64,000 bases of DNA, taken from assembly GCA_040757715.1 (NCBI GenBank), contig JBFLWS010000004.1, forward strand, positions 62,959 through 126,958. Direction: 5' to 3'. The stretch comes from Pseudomonadota bacterium (GTDB lineage Bacteria; Pseudomonadota; Alphaproteobacteria; Caulobacterales; Caulobacteraceae). The position numbers and the translations under genes were made by a program. The notes below the pieces were generated by a model. That model had not been told where the DNA came from, ran no database searches, and saw only the letters and a list, made by a program, of their open reading frames with translations. This document shows positions 41,259-50,517 of this stretch, piece after piece (within the stretch, counting starts at the first letter, position 1; the number at the start of each line of letters is the position of its first letter).

Positions 41259-42467
41259 TCAGGCGGCGAGTTCGGCCTTGGCGGTGGCGTAGGCCCAGTC
41301 GAGCCAGGGGGTGAGCGCGACTACATCGGCGGCGTCCACGGTGCAGCCGCACCAGATGCGAAGTCCGGGCGGGGCGTCGCGGTAGTGACTGATGTCGTAG
41401 GCCGCGCCCTCCTTGTCCACCAGCGCCGCCAGGCGGCTGGCGAAGGCGGCCTGGGCTTCGGCCGGCAAGGCGGCGACCTCGGCGTCCACCACCTTCAGGC
41501 ACACCGAGGTGTTCGAGCGCGTGGCGGGGTTCTCGGCCAGGAAATCGATCCACGGGGTCTTTTCCACCCAGGCGGCGAGCGCGGCGAAGCTGGCGTCGGC
41601 GCGGGCCTTCAGGGCGGCAAGACCACCCAGGTCCTTGCCCCAGTGCAGCGCATCCAGGCAGTCCTCAACACAGAGCATGGAGGGGGTGTTGATGGTGGCG
41701 CCTTCGAACACGTCGCGCATCACCTTGCCGCCCTTGGTGAGGCGGAACAGCTTGGGCATGGGCCAGGCCGGGGTGTGAGTCTCCAGCCGCTCCACGGCGC
41801 GGGGCCCGAGGATCAGGACGCCGTGGGCGCCTTCGCCGCCGAGAGCCTTCTGCCAGGAGAAGGTCACCACATCGAGCTTGGCCCAGTCGAGATCCTGGGC
41901 GAAGGCCGCCGAGGTGGCGTCGCAGATGACAAGGCCGGTGCGGTCGGCGGCGATGAAGTCGGCGTTGGGCACGCGCACGCCCGAGGTGGTGCCGTTCCAG
42001 GTGAAGACGAGGTCGGCGTCGGGGCGAATCTTGGCGAGGTCGGGCAGCTTGCCATAGGGGGCGCTGAGGATTTCCAGGTCCTTCAGCTTCAACTGCTTTT
42101 CGGCGTCGATGGCCCAGTCCTTGCCGAAGCTTTCAAAGGCCAGCACCTGCACCGGCTTGGGGCCGAGCAGCGACCACAGGGCCATCTCCACCGCTCCAGT
42201 GTCGGAGCCGGCGACGATGCCCACCAGGAAATCGTCGGGAACCTGCAGCACCTCGCGGGTCAGGTCGATGGCCGCCTTCAGCCGGGCCTTGCCGGGCTTG
42301 GAGCGGTGTGAGCGGCCGAGCACGGCGTCCTTCAGACCCTCAGGGGTCCAGCCGGGACGCTTGGCGCAGGGTCCGGACGAGAAGTCCGGGCGCGCGGGGC
42401 GGGTCACGGGTTTTTGGGGAAGGCGTGTAGCCGTCAGCGCCGCATCGGCGGCGGGGGTCGTGGTCAT
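41259..42467 (-). CDS. serC: phosphoserine aminotransferase
   Basis: Class V aminotransferase with ...[10 protein letters not shown]... (PLP lysine context). Start re-called at MTTTPAAD (42465-42467), with GGGAGA upstream. Confidence 0.82.
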   Translation of the reverse strand: MTTTPAADAALTATRLPQKPVTRPARPDFSSGPCAKRPGWTPEGLKDAVLGRSHRSKPGKARLKAAIDLTREVLQVPDDFLVGIVAGSDTGAVEMALWSLLGPKPVQVLAFESFGKDWAIDAEKQLKLKDLEILSAPYGKLPDLAKIRPDADLVFTWNGTTSGVRVPNADFIAADRTGLVICDATSAAFAQDLDWAKLDVVTFSWQKALGGEGAHGVLILGPRAVERLETHTPAWPMPKLFRLTKGGKVMRDVFEGATINTPSMLCVEDCLDALHWGKDLGGLAALKARADASFAALAAWVEKTPWIDFLAENPATRSNTSVCLKVVDAEVAALPAEAQAAFASRLAALVDKEGAAYDISHYRDAPPGLRIWCGCTVDAADVVALTPWLDWAYATAKAELAA

Positions 42468-42736
42468 AGAGATGTCTCCCATCCTCACAGATGGGCAGCG
42501 CACCGTTGGGGGTGCGTGGCCCGCCAGCCAAGAACGCCGATTTTCGCTGCAGCGCAAGATAAATGTTTTCCTAAACGCCGTCGGATCGGTCTCGCCCAGC
42601 ATCGCGCGGTTCCAGCGAGGCGCTGATCAACTTCCTCATACCCAGGAAACGCGACTCCTCGGTCAAGCGTTGTCTCCTAGGGGAGCTGTCGAGCGGAGAT
42701 CATCGCAAGGGATTTCCGATGGAATGGGAGTCTTCC

Positions 42737-43048
42737 ATGAAGCCCACCTTGACCGCCCTTACCCTAGCGCTCGGCCTCGCCACCGCGGCGGCCCCTTTGG
42801 CGAAGGCCCAGGACTACGATGATTGGCGCTATCGCCACGACTATTCCGATTACCGGGACTACCGCCATTATGACGATGGTTGGAGGCATGAAGGCCGGTA
42901 CGAATATCGCGATTGTCGCTACGTCAACAACTATCGGTGTCGCGCCGATTACAATGGCTATTGGCGTGATCGCGACGACTACTGGCGTCGTGGACACCGC
43001 TACTGCTATTGGCGCTATGACCGGCGGATATGCCGATGGGAATATTGA
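42737..43048 (+). CDS. secreted Arg/Tyr/Asp/Trp-rich miniprotein (103 aa precursor, 4 Cys)
   Basis: GGGAG lies 6 nt before ATG 42737. The signal peptide is MKPTLTALTLALGLATAAAPLAKA. The mature part begins QDYDDWRYRHDYSDYRDYRHYDDGWRHEGRYEYRDCRY.... Confidence 0.55.
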   Translation: MKPTLTALTLALGLATAAAPLAKAQDYDDWRYRHDYSDYRDYRHYDDGWRHEGRYEYRDCRYVNNYRCRADYNGYWRDRDDYWRRGHRYCYWRYDRRICRWEY

Positions 43049-43078
43049 CGATCGGGGCGCAAAGACCCTGTCGGCTCG

Positions 43079-43888
43079 CTAGAGCCTTAGTCGCGTCTCC
43101 GCCACGGTGACTGCACGGCCGGTGAGGATCACGCGGTCGCCCTGGACGGCGACGCCGATTTCGCCGCCGCGACCGGGAAAAGCCTGGAAGCAGTCGAAAC
43201 TGGCGCGGTCGAACTTCCCGGCGAACAGCGGCGCGAGAATGCAGTGCGCCGAGCCGGTGGCCGGGTCCTCGGCGATCCCCGCGCCTGGGGCGAAGAAGCG
43301 GCTCACCAGCTGATACGGGCGCCCCGGGTCCGCCGCCGCGGCGACGATGACGTCGCCTCGGCCGCCAAGGGTTTTGGAGACTTCATGCAGAGCCGCGATG
43401 TTGGGATCGAGCCCGCGCACCGTGGCTTCATTGTCGACGATGGCCACCAGATAGGCCGCCGACCAGGTCTCCCGCACCTCGGCGCCCAAGGCCTCGACTA
43501 GGCCTGCCGGCGTCGCCACACGCTCTGGCGGATTCGCCGGGAAGTTCATTTCGTAGGCCCCGTCCTTGGGGGTCACCACCAGTTCGCCCGACTTGGTGTG
43601 GAAGCGGAGCGTCGGCGCCGACAGTCCCAGCTCCGTGGTCAACACATGGGCCGAGGCGAGGGTGGCGTGGCCGCACAGCGGCACCTCGACGCCCGGCGTG
43701 AACCAGCGCAGATCGAACCGGCTCGGGTCCTCAGTCCGGCGCAGGAATGCGGTTTCCGCCTGATTGTTTTCCTGTGCCAGACGCTGGATCCAGGCGTCCT
43801 CCGGCCAAGCGTCCAGGGGTTCGAGCACGCAGGCCGGATTGCCCTTGAAGGGCGCGGTAGCAAAGGCGTCGACGGTCCACTGGCGCAT
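43079..43888 (-). CDS. PhzF family isomerase-like protein
   Basis: [21 protein letters not shown]...AETAFL...[16 protein letters not shown]...DPATGSAHC are PhzF-family blocks. Start re-called at 43886-43888. The 182-codon upstream extension in the ORF track is Arg/Gly/Pro-rich junk. Confidence 0.85.
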   Translation of the reverse strand: MRQWTVDAFATAPFKGNPACVLEPLDAWPEDAWIQRLAQENNQAETAFLRRTEDPSRFDLRWFTPGVEVPLCGHATLASAHVLTTELGLSAPTLRFHTKSGELVVTPKDGAYEMNFPANPPERVATPAGLVEALGAEVRETWSAAYLVAIVDNEATVRGLDPNIAALHEVSKTLGGRGDVIVAAAADPGRPYQLVSRFFAPGAGIAEDPATGSAHCILAPLFAGKFDRASFDCFQAFPGRGGEIGVAVQGDRVILTGRAVTVAETRLRL

Positions 43889-43953
43889 GAGTTGAAATCT
43901 CCCTGTGATCCCGCCATGTGGCGAGCGAGGGCGCCCAGCGCAACGGCCTAACG

Positions 43954-44547
43954 CTACGGCCGCAGGATTTCCACCTCCGGCCAGCGCGCCTTCAGCGAGG
44001 CCGCAGCGCGGTCGAATCCCGTCAGCGACACCCACCGCATGGGGTTGGGTCGCAGCCGTTGGGCGAACAGATCCTCCAAGCCGAAGGGCGCGGCGATGTC
44101 TATGCGATCGTCCGGCTCCAGCCGCACCCCCACCGCAAAGGCCGGCGCCACGTAGCGCGACAGGGAGTCGTCGGTGTTGGCGAGGGGCGCATAGGGCTCG
44201 CCGAACTTCTGTTCGAACCACAGGTGCACCCGGGCCTGGTTGCGAACCTCCACCCGCGGGGCGAGGTCCGGCGGAAAATGCACGGCAGCGCGCTGGATGG
44301 CCCCATCCTCGGCGCCCCAGCTGGTGTCCGGATCGAAATAGACCAGGTCGAAATCCTTGATCCCATAGTCCGGATCGCGGCCGGTGAGGCGGTTCCACAC
44401 CGTCTGGTAAACCGACCCCGACACGAGCCGCCAATCGGCAAGATCAAGGCTTCGGGCAAACTCCAGCACCCGCATCACCGTGGGGGAGGCGCGGAGCGCG
44501 GCCTCTAGCTCGTCGGCGCGCGTCATCGCTGCTCTCGCAACATCCAA
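43954..44547 (-). CDS. nucleotidyltransferase family protein (NTP_transf_6/DUF925-like)
   Basis: The stretch ...[12 protein letters not shown]...[11 protein letters not shown]... resembles this family. The start is either 44547 (25-nt overlap with thiD) or the Met at 44526 (abutting the thiD stop). Confidence 0.55.
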   Translation of the reverse strand: MDVARAAMTRADELEAALRASPTVMRVLEFARSLDLADWRLVSGSVYQTVWNRLTGRDPDYGIKDFDLVYFDPDTSWGAEDGAIQRAAVHFPPDLAPRVEVRNQARVHLWFEQKFGEPYAPLANTDDSLSRYVAPAFAVGVRLEPDDRIDIAAPFGLEDLFAQRLRPNPMRWVSLTGFDRAAASLKARWPEVEILRP

Positions 44548-45347
44548 CCATGATCGAGCGGCCCATGACCCCGTCCGAAGCCCGGCGCGTGGGCGAGGGC
44601 GCCCTGCAAATAGGCGTGGGCGCGGCGCACGGCGGCCTCCAGATCAAGACCTTGCGCCAAACCTACGGCGCAGGCGCTGGCCAACGTGCAGCCGGTGCCG
44701 TGGCTGTGACGCGTGGCCTGTCGCGGCGCCTCGAAAGCAATAGCTTGATCAACAGTGATCAATTGATCGACCACGCTCTCGCCGGGTAGGTGCCCGCCCT
44801 TCATCAGCACCGCCTTGGCCCCGAGGCGCAGCAGGCGCTCTCCCGCCTCGCGAGCGCTATCGGCGTCCGTCACGGTAAGACCGGTCAAGGCTTCCGCCTC
44901 CGGCGTATTCGGCGTGAGCAGCGTGGCGCGCGGGACCAGCAGCGCCTTCAGCGCCGTCACGGCTGCGTCGTCGGCGAGGCTCGCCCCTCCCTTGGCCGTC
45001 ATCACCGGGTCGATCACCGCCGGCAGGCCCGCCTCATCCAGGAGCGCAGCGACGCGTTCGATGATCTCGGGCGTCGGCAACATCCCGGTCTTGATCGCGT
45101 CGGCGCCGAGGTCGTCCAGCACCGCTCGCGCCTGGGCGTCCACCAATTCGGGCGAGAGCGCGTCCGCTCGATGGACGCCTCGACTATTCTGCACGGTGAT
45201 CGCCGTGACCGCCGTAGCCGCGTGTCCGCCCAGCGCCGTCACCGTCTTCACATCGGCTTGCAGCCCCGCCCCGCCGCCGCTGTCCGACCCGGCCAGGATC
45301 AGCACCCGGCCAAGGTTGCGGCCCAGCGGCGGTTCAGGCTGGAACAC
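44523..45347 (-). CDS. thiD: hydroxymethylpyrimidine/phosphomethylpyrimidine kinase
   Basis: ...ILAGSDSGGGAGLQADVKT...KTGML...GTGCTLASA... are typical ThiD blocks. Confidence 0.9.
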   Translation of the reverse strand: MFQPEPPLGRNLGRVLILAGSDSGGGAGLQADVKTVTALGGHAATAVTAITVQNSRGVHRADALSPELVDAQARAVLDDLGADAIKTGMLPTPEIIERVAALLDEAGLPAVIDPVMTAKGGASLADDAAVTALKALLVPRATLLTPNTPEAEALTGLTVTDADSAREAGERLLRLGAKAVLMKGGHLPGESVVDQLITVDQAIAFEAPRQATRHSHGTGCTLASACAVGLAQGLDLEAAVRRAHAYLQGALAHAPGFGRGHGPLDHGWMLREQR

Positions 45348-45353
45348 GTCCGA

Positions 45354-45938
45354 TCAGGCCTTGGTGTCCAAAGCCTCGCCGCCGCCGTCAGCACTCGCAG
45401 CGTAGGCCTGCGGGCTGGCGCCGATGGCGGCCTTGGGCGTCACCGCCACCATGGCCGGGCGGACGATGCGCCCGAACAGCTCATAGCCCACCTGCAGCAC
45501 CATGATCACCGAGCCTGGGGGTAGATCGTCCGCCGGCTGCTCCATCATGGCCTGATGCAGATGGGGATCGAACTTCTCGCCCCGCTCCGGCGATACGCGC
45601 TTCAGACCATTGCGCTCAAAGGCGCCCTGCAGCGCCTTTTCGGTCATCTCCACCCCGGCGATGAAGTTCTTGAAAGCGGCGTCATCGGTCTCGCGCGGGG
45701 CGGCGGTGAGCGCTCGGCCGAGATTGTCGGCGGCGTCGAACAGGTCGCGGGCGAAGCGCTGAATGGCGTAGGCGCGGGCGTCATTGGCTTCGCGCTCAGC
45801 TCGGCGCTTGGTGTTTTCAGCGTCGGCGGCGTAGCGCAGAGCCTGGTCGCGCAGGGCGTCGTTCTCGGCCTTAAGGGCCGCCAGTTCGGCTTCCAGCGGC
45901 GCCACGGCCTCAGGATCGAGTTGTGCGTCGTCGGTCAT
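45354..45938 (-). CDS. grpE: nucleotide exchange factor GrpE
   Basis: Coiled-coil N-terminus then ...RYAADAENTKRRAERE... and C-terminal ...GYELFGRIVRPAMV.... Follows hrcA. Confidence 0.9.
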   Translation of the reverse strand: MTDDAQLDPEAVAPLEAELAALKAENDALRDQALRYAADAENTKRRAEREANDARAYAIQRFARDLFDAADNLGRALTAAPRETDDAAFKNFIAGVEMTEKALQGAFERNGLKRVSPERGEKFDPHLHQAMMEQPADDLPPGSVIMVLQVGYELFGRIVRPAMVAVTPKAAIGASPQAYAASADGGGEALDTKA

Positions 45939-45965
45939 GGTCTCTCCAATGGCTTGGGCGGCGCC

Positions 45966-47072
45966 TTACGGCGCGCCGTCGAGCATCCGGCCCAGCACCC
46001 GCGCGGTGTAATCCACCAACGGTATCACTCGGGCGTAGTTGAGGCGGGCGGGCCCGATCACGGCGATGGCGCCCAGCACGCGCTGTCGGCCCGTCATATA
46101 GGGCGCGGCGATCACGGCGGAACCGGAAAGTGAGAAAAGTCGCGTTTCAGCGCCGATGAAAATGCGCACCCCCTCCGCCTCGCGCACGCCATCGAGCAGG
46201 CCGATCAGCTGCTCCTTCTGTTCCAGGTCGTCGAACAGCATGCGCACCCGCTCCAAATCCTGCAGGGCGGCTGCGTCGGCCAGGAGATTGGCGTGACCGC
46301 GGACGATGAGCGCGCGCTCCTCGGCGCTGCCCGCGCCCGACCAGGCGGCGAGGCCTTCTTCCACCAGGCGAGCGGCGGCGACGTCCAGTTCACGGCGGGA
46401 AGTCTCGATTTCCGAGCGCATCTCCAGCCGGGCTTCGGCCAGAGTGCGCCCGCGCAGGCGCGCATTGAGAAAATTGGAGGCCTCCTGCAGCGCCGAGGGG
46501 GTCAGCCCCGGCGGCGTGCGCATGAGGCGGTTCTCCACCGCCCCGTCGTCGAACACCATCACGGCCAGCGCCTGGTCCGGCCCCAAGACCACGAACTCCA
46601 CATGCTTCACCCCGGCGTCCCGCACCGGCGTCACCACGATGCCGGCCCCGCCGGCGAGGCCGGACAAAAGCGCGCTCGCCTCAGCCAAGGCGTCTTCCAC
46701 GCCCCGGCCCTTGGCGGCCAGGCGCGCCTCAATAGCCTGACGATCGCCTTCAGCGAGATCGCCCACCTCCAGGAGACCATCCACGAACATGCGAAGTCCG
46801 ATGTGGGTGGGCATGCGCCCGGCGCTGGTGTGGGGCGCGGCGAGGAGGCCGAGCTCGGTCAGGTCTTGCATGGTGTTGCGAATGGAGGCGGGCGAAAGCG
46901 CGACGCCGCCGCGGGACACGGTACGCGACCCCACGGGCTCGCCGGTTTCCAGGTAAGTCTCCACCACCCGACGGAAGATGTCGCGGGCGCGCTCGTCCAG
47001 CTCAGCCAAGGACGCGCCCCGGGAGGCCAGGCGAAGGGCGGCGAAAGGATCAATGGGCTGACCGGACGACAT
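45966..47072 (-). CDS. hrcA: heat-inducible transcription repressor HrcA
   Basis: ...[27 protein letters not shown]...[18 protein letters not shown]... is the HrcA winged-helix N-terminus. Start re-called at MSSGQP (47070-47072). Confidence 0.9.
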   Translation of the reverse strand: MSSGQPIDPFAALRLASRGASLAELDERARDIFRRVVETYLETGEPVGSRTVSRGGVALSPASIRNTMQDLTELGLLAAPHTSAGRMPTHIGLRMFVDGLLEVGDLAEGDRQAIEARLAAKGRGVEDALAEASALLSGLAGGAGIVVTPVRDAGVKHVEFVVLGPDQALAVMVFDDGAVENRLMRTPPGLTPSALQEASNFLNARLRGRTLAEARLEMRSEIETSRRELDVAAARLVEEGLAAWSGAGSAEERALIVRGHANLLADAAALQDLERVRMLFDDLEQKEQLIGLLDGVREAEGVRIFIGAETRLFSLSGSAVIAAPYMTGRQRVLGAIAVIGPARLNYARVIPLVDYTARVLGRMLDGAP

Positions 47073-47131
47073 GGGCCTGAAGACCTTCAGGGACAATGGC
47101 TGCATCGCGCATGGACGCGAGGCTCCTATTC

Positions 47132-47160
47132 AGGATAAGCCGAGCGCCGCGCCATTCAAG
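47132..47160 (-). promoter_or_regulatory. candidate sigma32 (RpoH)-type promoter for hrcA-grpE
   Basis: The minus strand reads CTTG-aatggcgcggcgctcgg-CTTATCCT. This fits CTTG-N17-CYTATNT, the alphaproteobacterial heat-shock promoter pattern as I recall it. It lies about 60 nt upstream of the re-called hrcA start. Confidence 0.4.
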
Positions 47161-47183
47161 CCGCTCAAACTTCGAGAGATTCC

Positions 47184-47903
47184 ATGCGCCCTTCCGAACG
47201 CGCCGCCGACGCCCTTCGTCCCGTGACTTTGGAGACCGGAGTCTCCCGCTACGCCGAAGGCTCGTGCCTGGTGAGCTTCGGCCACACCAAGGTGCTGGTC
47301 ACCGCCAGCCTGGAGGAGGGCGTGCCGCCGTTCCTGAAGGGCAAGGGCGCGGGTTGGGTCACCGCCGAATATGGCATGCTGCCGCGCGCCACCCATACGC
47401 GTGGCCGGCGTGAGGCCGCGCAGGGCAAGCAATCTGGCCGCACCCAGGAGATCCAGCGCCTTATCGGCCGCTCCCTGCGCGCCGTGTGCGACCTGAAGGC
47501 TCTTGGCGAGCGACAGATCACCCTCGACTGCGACGTGATCCAGGCGGACGGCGGCACCCGCACCGCCGCTATCACGGGCGCCTGGGTCGCGCTTCGCCTC
47601 GCTTGCAATTACCTGCTGGAGGAAGGCGTGCTGAAAGCTCAGCCGGTACTCGACCAGGTGGCGGCCGTGTCGTGCGGCATCTATCGCGGCGTCCCGGTGC
47701 TCGACCTCGACTACGAGGAGGACTCCTCCGCCGAGGCCGATTCCAACTTCGTGCTCACTGGCGCGGGCGACATCGTGGAAATCCAGGCCACTGGCGAGAA
47801 GCGCGGCTTCAGCCAGGCCGAGTTCGAGGCGCTGTTCGGCCTAGCCCGCCAAGGAATCACGGAACTCTGCGCCCTGCAACGCGCTGCGGTGGCGAGACCT
47901 TAA
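47184..47903 (+). CDS. rph: ribonuclease PH
   Basis: [42 protein letters not shown]... is a typical RNase PH N-terminus. 239 aa. Confidence 0.95.
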   Translation: MRPSERAADALRPVTLETGVSRYAEGSCLVSFGHTKVLVTASLEEGVPPFLKGKGAGWVTAEYGMLPRATHTRGRREAAQGKQSGRTQEIQRLIGRSLRAVCDLKALGERQITLDCDVIQADGGTRTAAITGAWVALRLACNYLLEEGVLKAQPVLDQVAAVSCGIYRGVPVLDLDYEEDSSAEADSNFVLTGAGDIVEIQATGEKRGFSQAEFEALFGLARQGITELCALQRAAVARP

Positions 47904-48127
47904 GCCTCGTCCGTCGAGTCGGGACGCAGGTCGTAGGACAAGAGATCGCCAGGCTGACACTCGAGCTCGCGGCACAGCGCGTCCAGCGTCGAAAAACGGA
48001 TCGCCTGGGCCTCGCCGGCTTTGAGGAGCGTGAGATTGGCCGGGGTGACGCCCACCCGGTCGGCCAGCTCGGCCAGAGACATGCGGCGTTCAAACAGGAC
48101 GCGATCGAGGCGGATGCGAATGGGCAT
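47900..48127 (-). CDS. small XRE/Cro-type HTH transcriptional regulator (YozG-like)
   Basis: 75 aa: [61 protein letters not shown]. Its stop shares the TTAA tetranucleotide with the convergent rph stop. Confidence 0.8.
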   Translation of the reverse strand: MPIRIRLDRVLFERRMSLAELADRVGVTPANLTLLKAGEAQAIRFSTLDALCRELECQPGDLLSYDLRPDSTDEA

Positions 48128-48138
48128 GGCGTCCTCCT

Positions 48139-48675
48139 TCAGATGGTCAGTTCAGCTTCGCGGCGAAGCCGGGCGCCTTCGCGAAAAACTTCCGCCAGCA
48201 CAAACACGACAAGAACGGCGAACCAGGCGGTAGGATTAAACCAGCCGCCGTCCAGATGCGCCTCGGCCGCAGGCGCGGTCCAGGCGACGATGAGGCGCAC
48301 GAGATAGCTGGAAGCCTCCAGCGCCACCAGCGCTAGGCCGATCACCCGCAAACGCTGCACATTCTCCGGGCGGAACGGATCGCCCACCGTCAAGGTCTCC
48401 ACCACCCTTCGGATGCCGCCGACGATGACCAGCAAACAGCCAAGATAGGCCTCTATCCCCATCAGCACCGCCGCCACCGCTGGGTTGCGCAGGGGCAGCT
48501 CGAACACCTTGCCGCCGATGTCGAGCGGCAGTTGGGCCGGAGCGAAGGGCAGATAGATCAAGATCAAGAGGCCCAGGGGACCGATGAGGGCTGCACCCAG
48601 CCACAGCGCCGCCTGCACCACGTCGAGCGCCATCTTCAGGAAGCTTGAAACCGATCCTGGTCCAAAGGCGCGCAT
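48139..48675 (-). CDS. DUF2975-like four-TM membrane protein
   Basis: Only the last ~178 codons of the 394-codon ORF look coding (hydrophobic helices). Start re-called at MRAFGPGS (48673-48675), with GGGAGAAG upstream. It ends 11 nt upstream of the XRE gene, the usual DUF2975/HTH pairing. Confidence 0.58.
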   Translation of the reverse strand: MRAFGPGSVSSFLKMALDVVQAALWLGAALIGPLGLLILIYLPFAPAQLPLDIGGKVFELPLRNPAVAAVLMGIEAYLGCLLVIVGGIRRVVETLTVGDPFRPENVQRLRVIGLALVALEASSYLVRLIVAWTAPAAEAHLDGGWFNPTAWFAVLVVFVLAEVFREGARLRREAELTI

Positions 48676-48753
48676 GCCGGCGCTTCTCCCACGCAAGGTT
48701 GACAAGCGCCGAGCATAGCCGTTCTCAGGGCGCGACTGGAGAGGGATATCCCA

Positions 48754-49365
48754 ATGGCGCTCGAGCTTCGGCCCGGCCTGAGACTGGTGGCCGCTACGCA
48801 CAACCCTGGCAAGGCGGTGGAGATCGCCGAGCTCTTGGAGGGTCGGTTCGAAACGGTGAGCGCGGGCGCGCTTGGTCTGGCCGAGCCCGAGGAGACCGAA
48901 GCCACCTTCATCGGCAATGCAGTGCTGAAGGCGCGCACCGCCGCCGACGCCGCCGGACTCATCGCCATCGCCGATGATTCGGGCCTTTGCGTGCAAGCAC
49001 TGGGCGGCGAGCCGGGAGTCTTGTCGGCGCGGTGGGCCGAGGTCGCGCCAGGCGCGCCGCGGGACTTCGTCCACGCCATGGCGAGGGTGGAGGCGGCATT
49101 GAACGCTCGCGGATTGTCGGATCGTCGAGCCTATTTCGCCTGCGCCCTGGCGGTGGCTTGGCCCAAGGGCCCGGTGGCGGCGGTGCAGGGCGAGGTGCAC
49201 GGCAGGCTCGTCTTCCCAGGCCGCGGCTCGCGCGGCTTCGGCTATGACCCGATCTTCGTCGCCGACGGGGAAAGCCTGACCTTCGGCGAGATGGACCCGG
49301 TGCGAAAGAACGCCATCAGCCACCGGGCGCGGGCCTTTGAGGCCTTGAAGGCGGCGCTCTTTTGA
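48754..49365 (+). CDS. rdgB: dITP/XTP pyrophosphatase (non-canonical purine NTP pyrophosphatase)
   Basis: ...VAATHNPGKAVEI...DDSGLCV.AL.G.PG..SAR... and C-terminal ...GFGYDPIF...ISHRARA are Ham1/RdgB motifs. Confidence 0.9.
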   Translation: MALELRPGLRLVAATHNPGKAVEIAELLEGRFETVSAGALGLAEPEETEATFIGNAVLKARTAADAAGLIAIADDSGLCVQALGGEPGVLSARWAEVAPGAPRDFVHAMARVEAALNARGLSDRRAYFACALAVAWPKGPVAAVQGEVHGRLVFPGRGSRGFGYDPIFVADGESLTFGEMDPVRKNAISHRARAFEALKAALF

Positions 49366-50516
49366 GCGCCCCGGCGCCGCTCGCCGTCTATCTGCACTGG
49401 CCCTATTGCGCCCGCATCTGCCCCTATTGCGACTTCAACGTCGTGCGCGAGCGGGGCCGGGTGGAGGAGCAGGCGCAGCTGGTGGCGGCCATGGTCGCGG
49501 ATTTGCGCGCCCAGCGGACGCTCACCGGCGAACGTCGGCTCGTCTCGGTGTTCTTCGGCGGCGGCACGCCCTCATTGATGGACCCCCGCGCCGTGGAGCG
49601 GTTATTGCGCGAAGCGAAGGAGCTCTGGTCCCCGGTTGATGATCTGGAAGTGTCGCTGGAAGCCAATCCCACCGACGCCGAGGCCGGACGCTTTGAAGAC
49701 TTGGCGCGGGCGGGGGTGAACCGGCTGTCCTTGGGGGTGCAATCCTTCGACGACACCGAGCTGAAGCTGCTGTTCCGCAATCACGACGCTGAGGCCGCAC
49801 AGCGCGCGGTGGACCAGGCGCTCCTGGCGGTGCGGCGGGTTTCCATCGACCTGATCTACGCCCTGCCGAACCAGACCCTCGACGCCTGGTCCGGGGCCCT
49901 GCGCAAGGTCGCAAGCCTAGGGGTGGAGCACGTCTCGCCCTATCAGCTGACCATCGAAGCCGGCACCGCTTTCGATCGCGCCGTCAACCGCGGTCGGCTG
50001 GTCCCGCCAGACGACGCCCGAGCAGCGAAACTCTATGAGGTCACCCAGGACGTGTTAGGCCAGGAGGGATTCGACGCCTACGAGGTGTCCAATCATGCGC
50101 GAGGGGCGGCGGCGCAGAGCCGGCACAATCTCGCCTATTGGCGGGGCGAGGACTATCTCGGCGCGGGACCGGGCGCTCATGGTCGGCTGACCCTTGATGG
50201 GCGACGCCTTGCGACGGAAACCGCCGCCAAGCCGCAAGACTATATTGATCAAGTGGCCGCTGCCGGGTTTGGCTGGACCACTCGCGACGTGCTCTTGCCG
50301 GAACAGGTCGCCACAGAGCGCCTATTGATGGGCCTGCGCATCGACGCGCCCATTCCCTGGCCGGAGCTCGCCCCGCTCGGCCTTACGCCAACCACGGCCA
50401 AGGTGGCCGAATTGGCCCAACTTCGGTTGATCAAGATTGACTCGAATGGTCTCGCCGCCACCCGCGCAGGCCGCCGTGTGCTGGACCAAGTGACACGCTC
50501 CCTCTGCCTCCCGTGA
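49362..50516 (+). CDS. hemW: radical SAM heme chaperone HemW (coproporphyrinogen-III-oxidase-like)
   Basis: CARICPYCDF radical SAM cluster motif. TTG start overlaps the rdgB stop by 4 nt. Confidence 0.85.
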   Translation: MSAPAPLAVYLHWPYCARICPYCDFNVVRERGRVEEQAQLVAAMVADLRAQRTLTGERRLVSVFFGGGTPSLMDPRAVERLLREAKELWSPVDDLEVSLEANPTDAEAGRFEDLARAGVNRLSLGVQSFDDTELKLLFRNHDAEAAQRAVDQALLAVRRVSIDLIYALPNQTLDAWSGALRKVASLGVEHVSPYQLTIEAGTAFDRAVNRGRLVPPDDARAAKLYEVTQDVLGQEGFDAYEVSNHARGAAAQSRHNLAYWRGEDYLGAGPGAHGRLTLDGRRLATETAAKPQDYIDQVAAAGFGWTTRDVLLPEQVATERLLMGLRIDAPIPWPELAPLGLTPTTAKVAELAQLRLIKIDSNGLAATRAGRRVLDQVTRSLCLP

Positions 50517-50517
50517 T

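Noticed and set aside
39630-42311. 893-codon plus-strand ORF spanning serA, the intergenic gap and serC on the opposite strand.
   Set aside because: It is antisense to two genes with clear family motifs. Its translation is Gly/Ala/Arg/His/Asp low-complexity sequence (for example HHHHPGGGGGGH) with no recognisable domain. Long stop-free antisense frames are expected at this G+C content.
42764-43082. ORFs 42764-42997 (-) and 42819-43082 (+) overlapping the Arg/Tyr/Asp-rich miniprotein gene.
   Set aside because: They are a consequence of the codon periodicity of that gene. They lack a Shine-Dalgarno or signal peptide and translate to Ile/Val/Ala/Thr/Gly runs.
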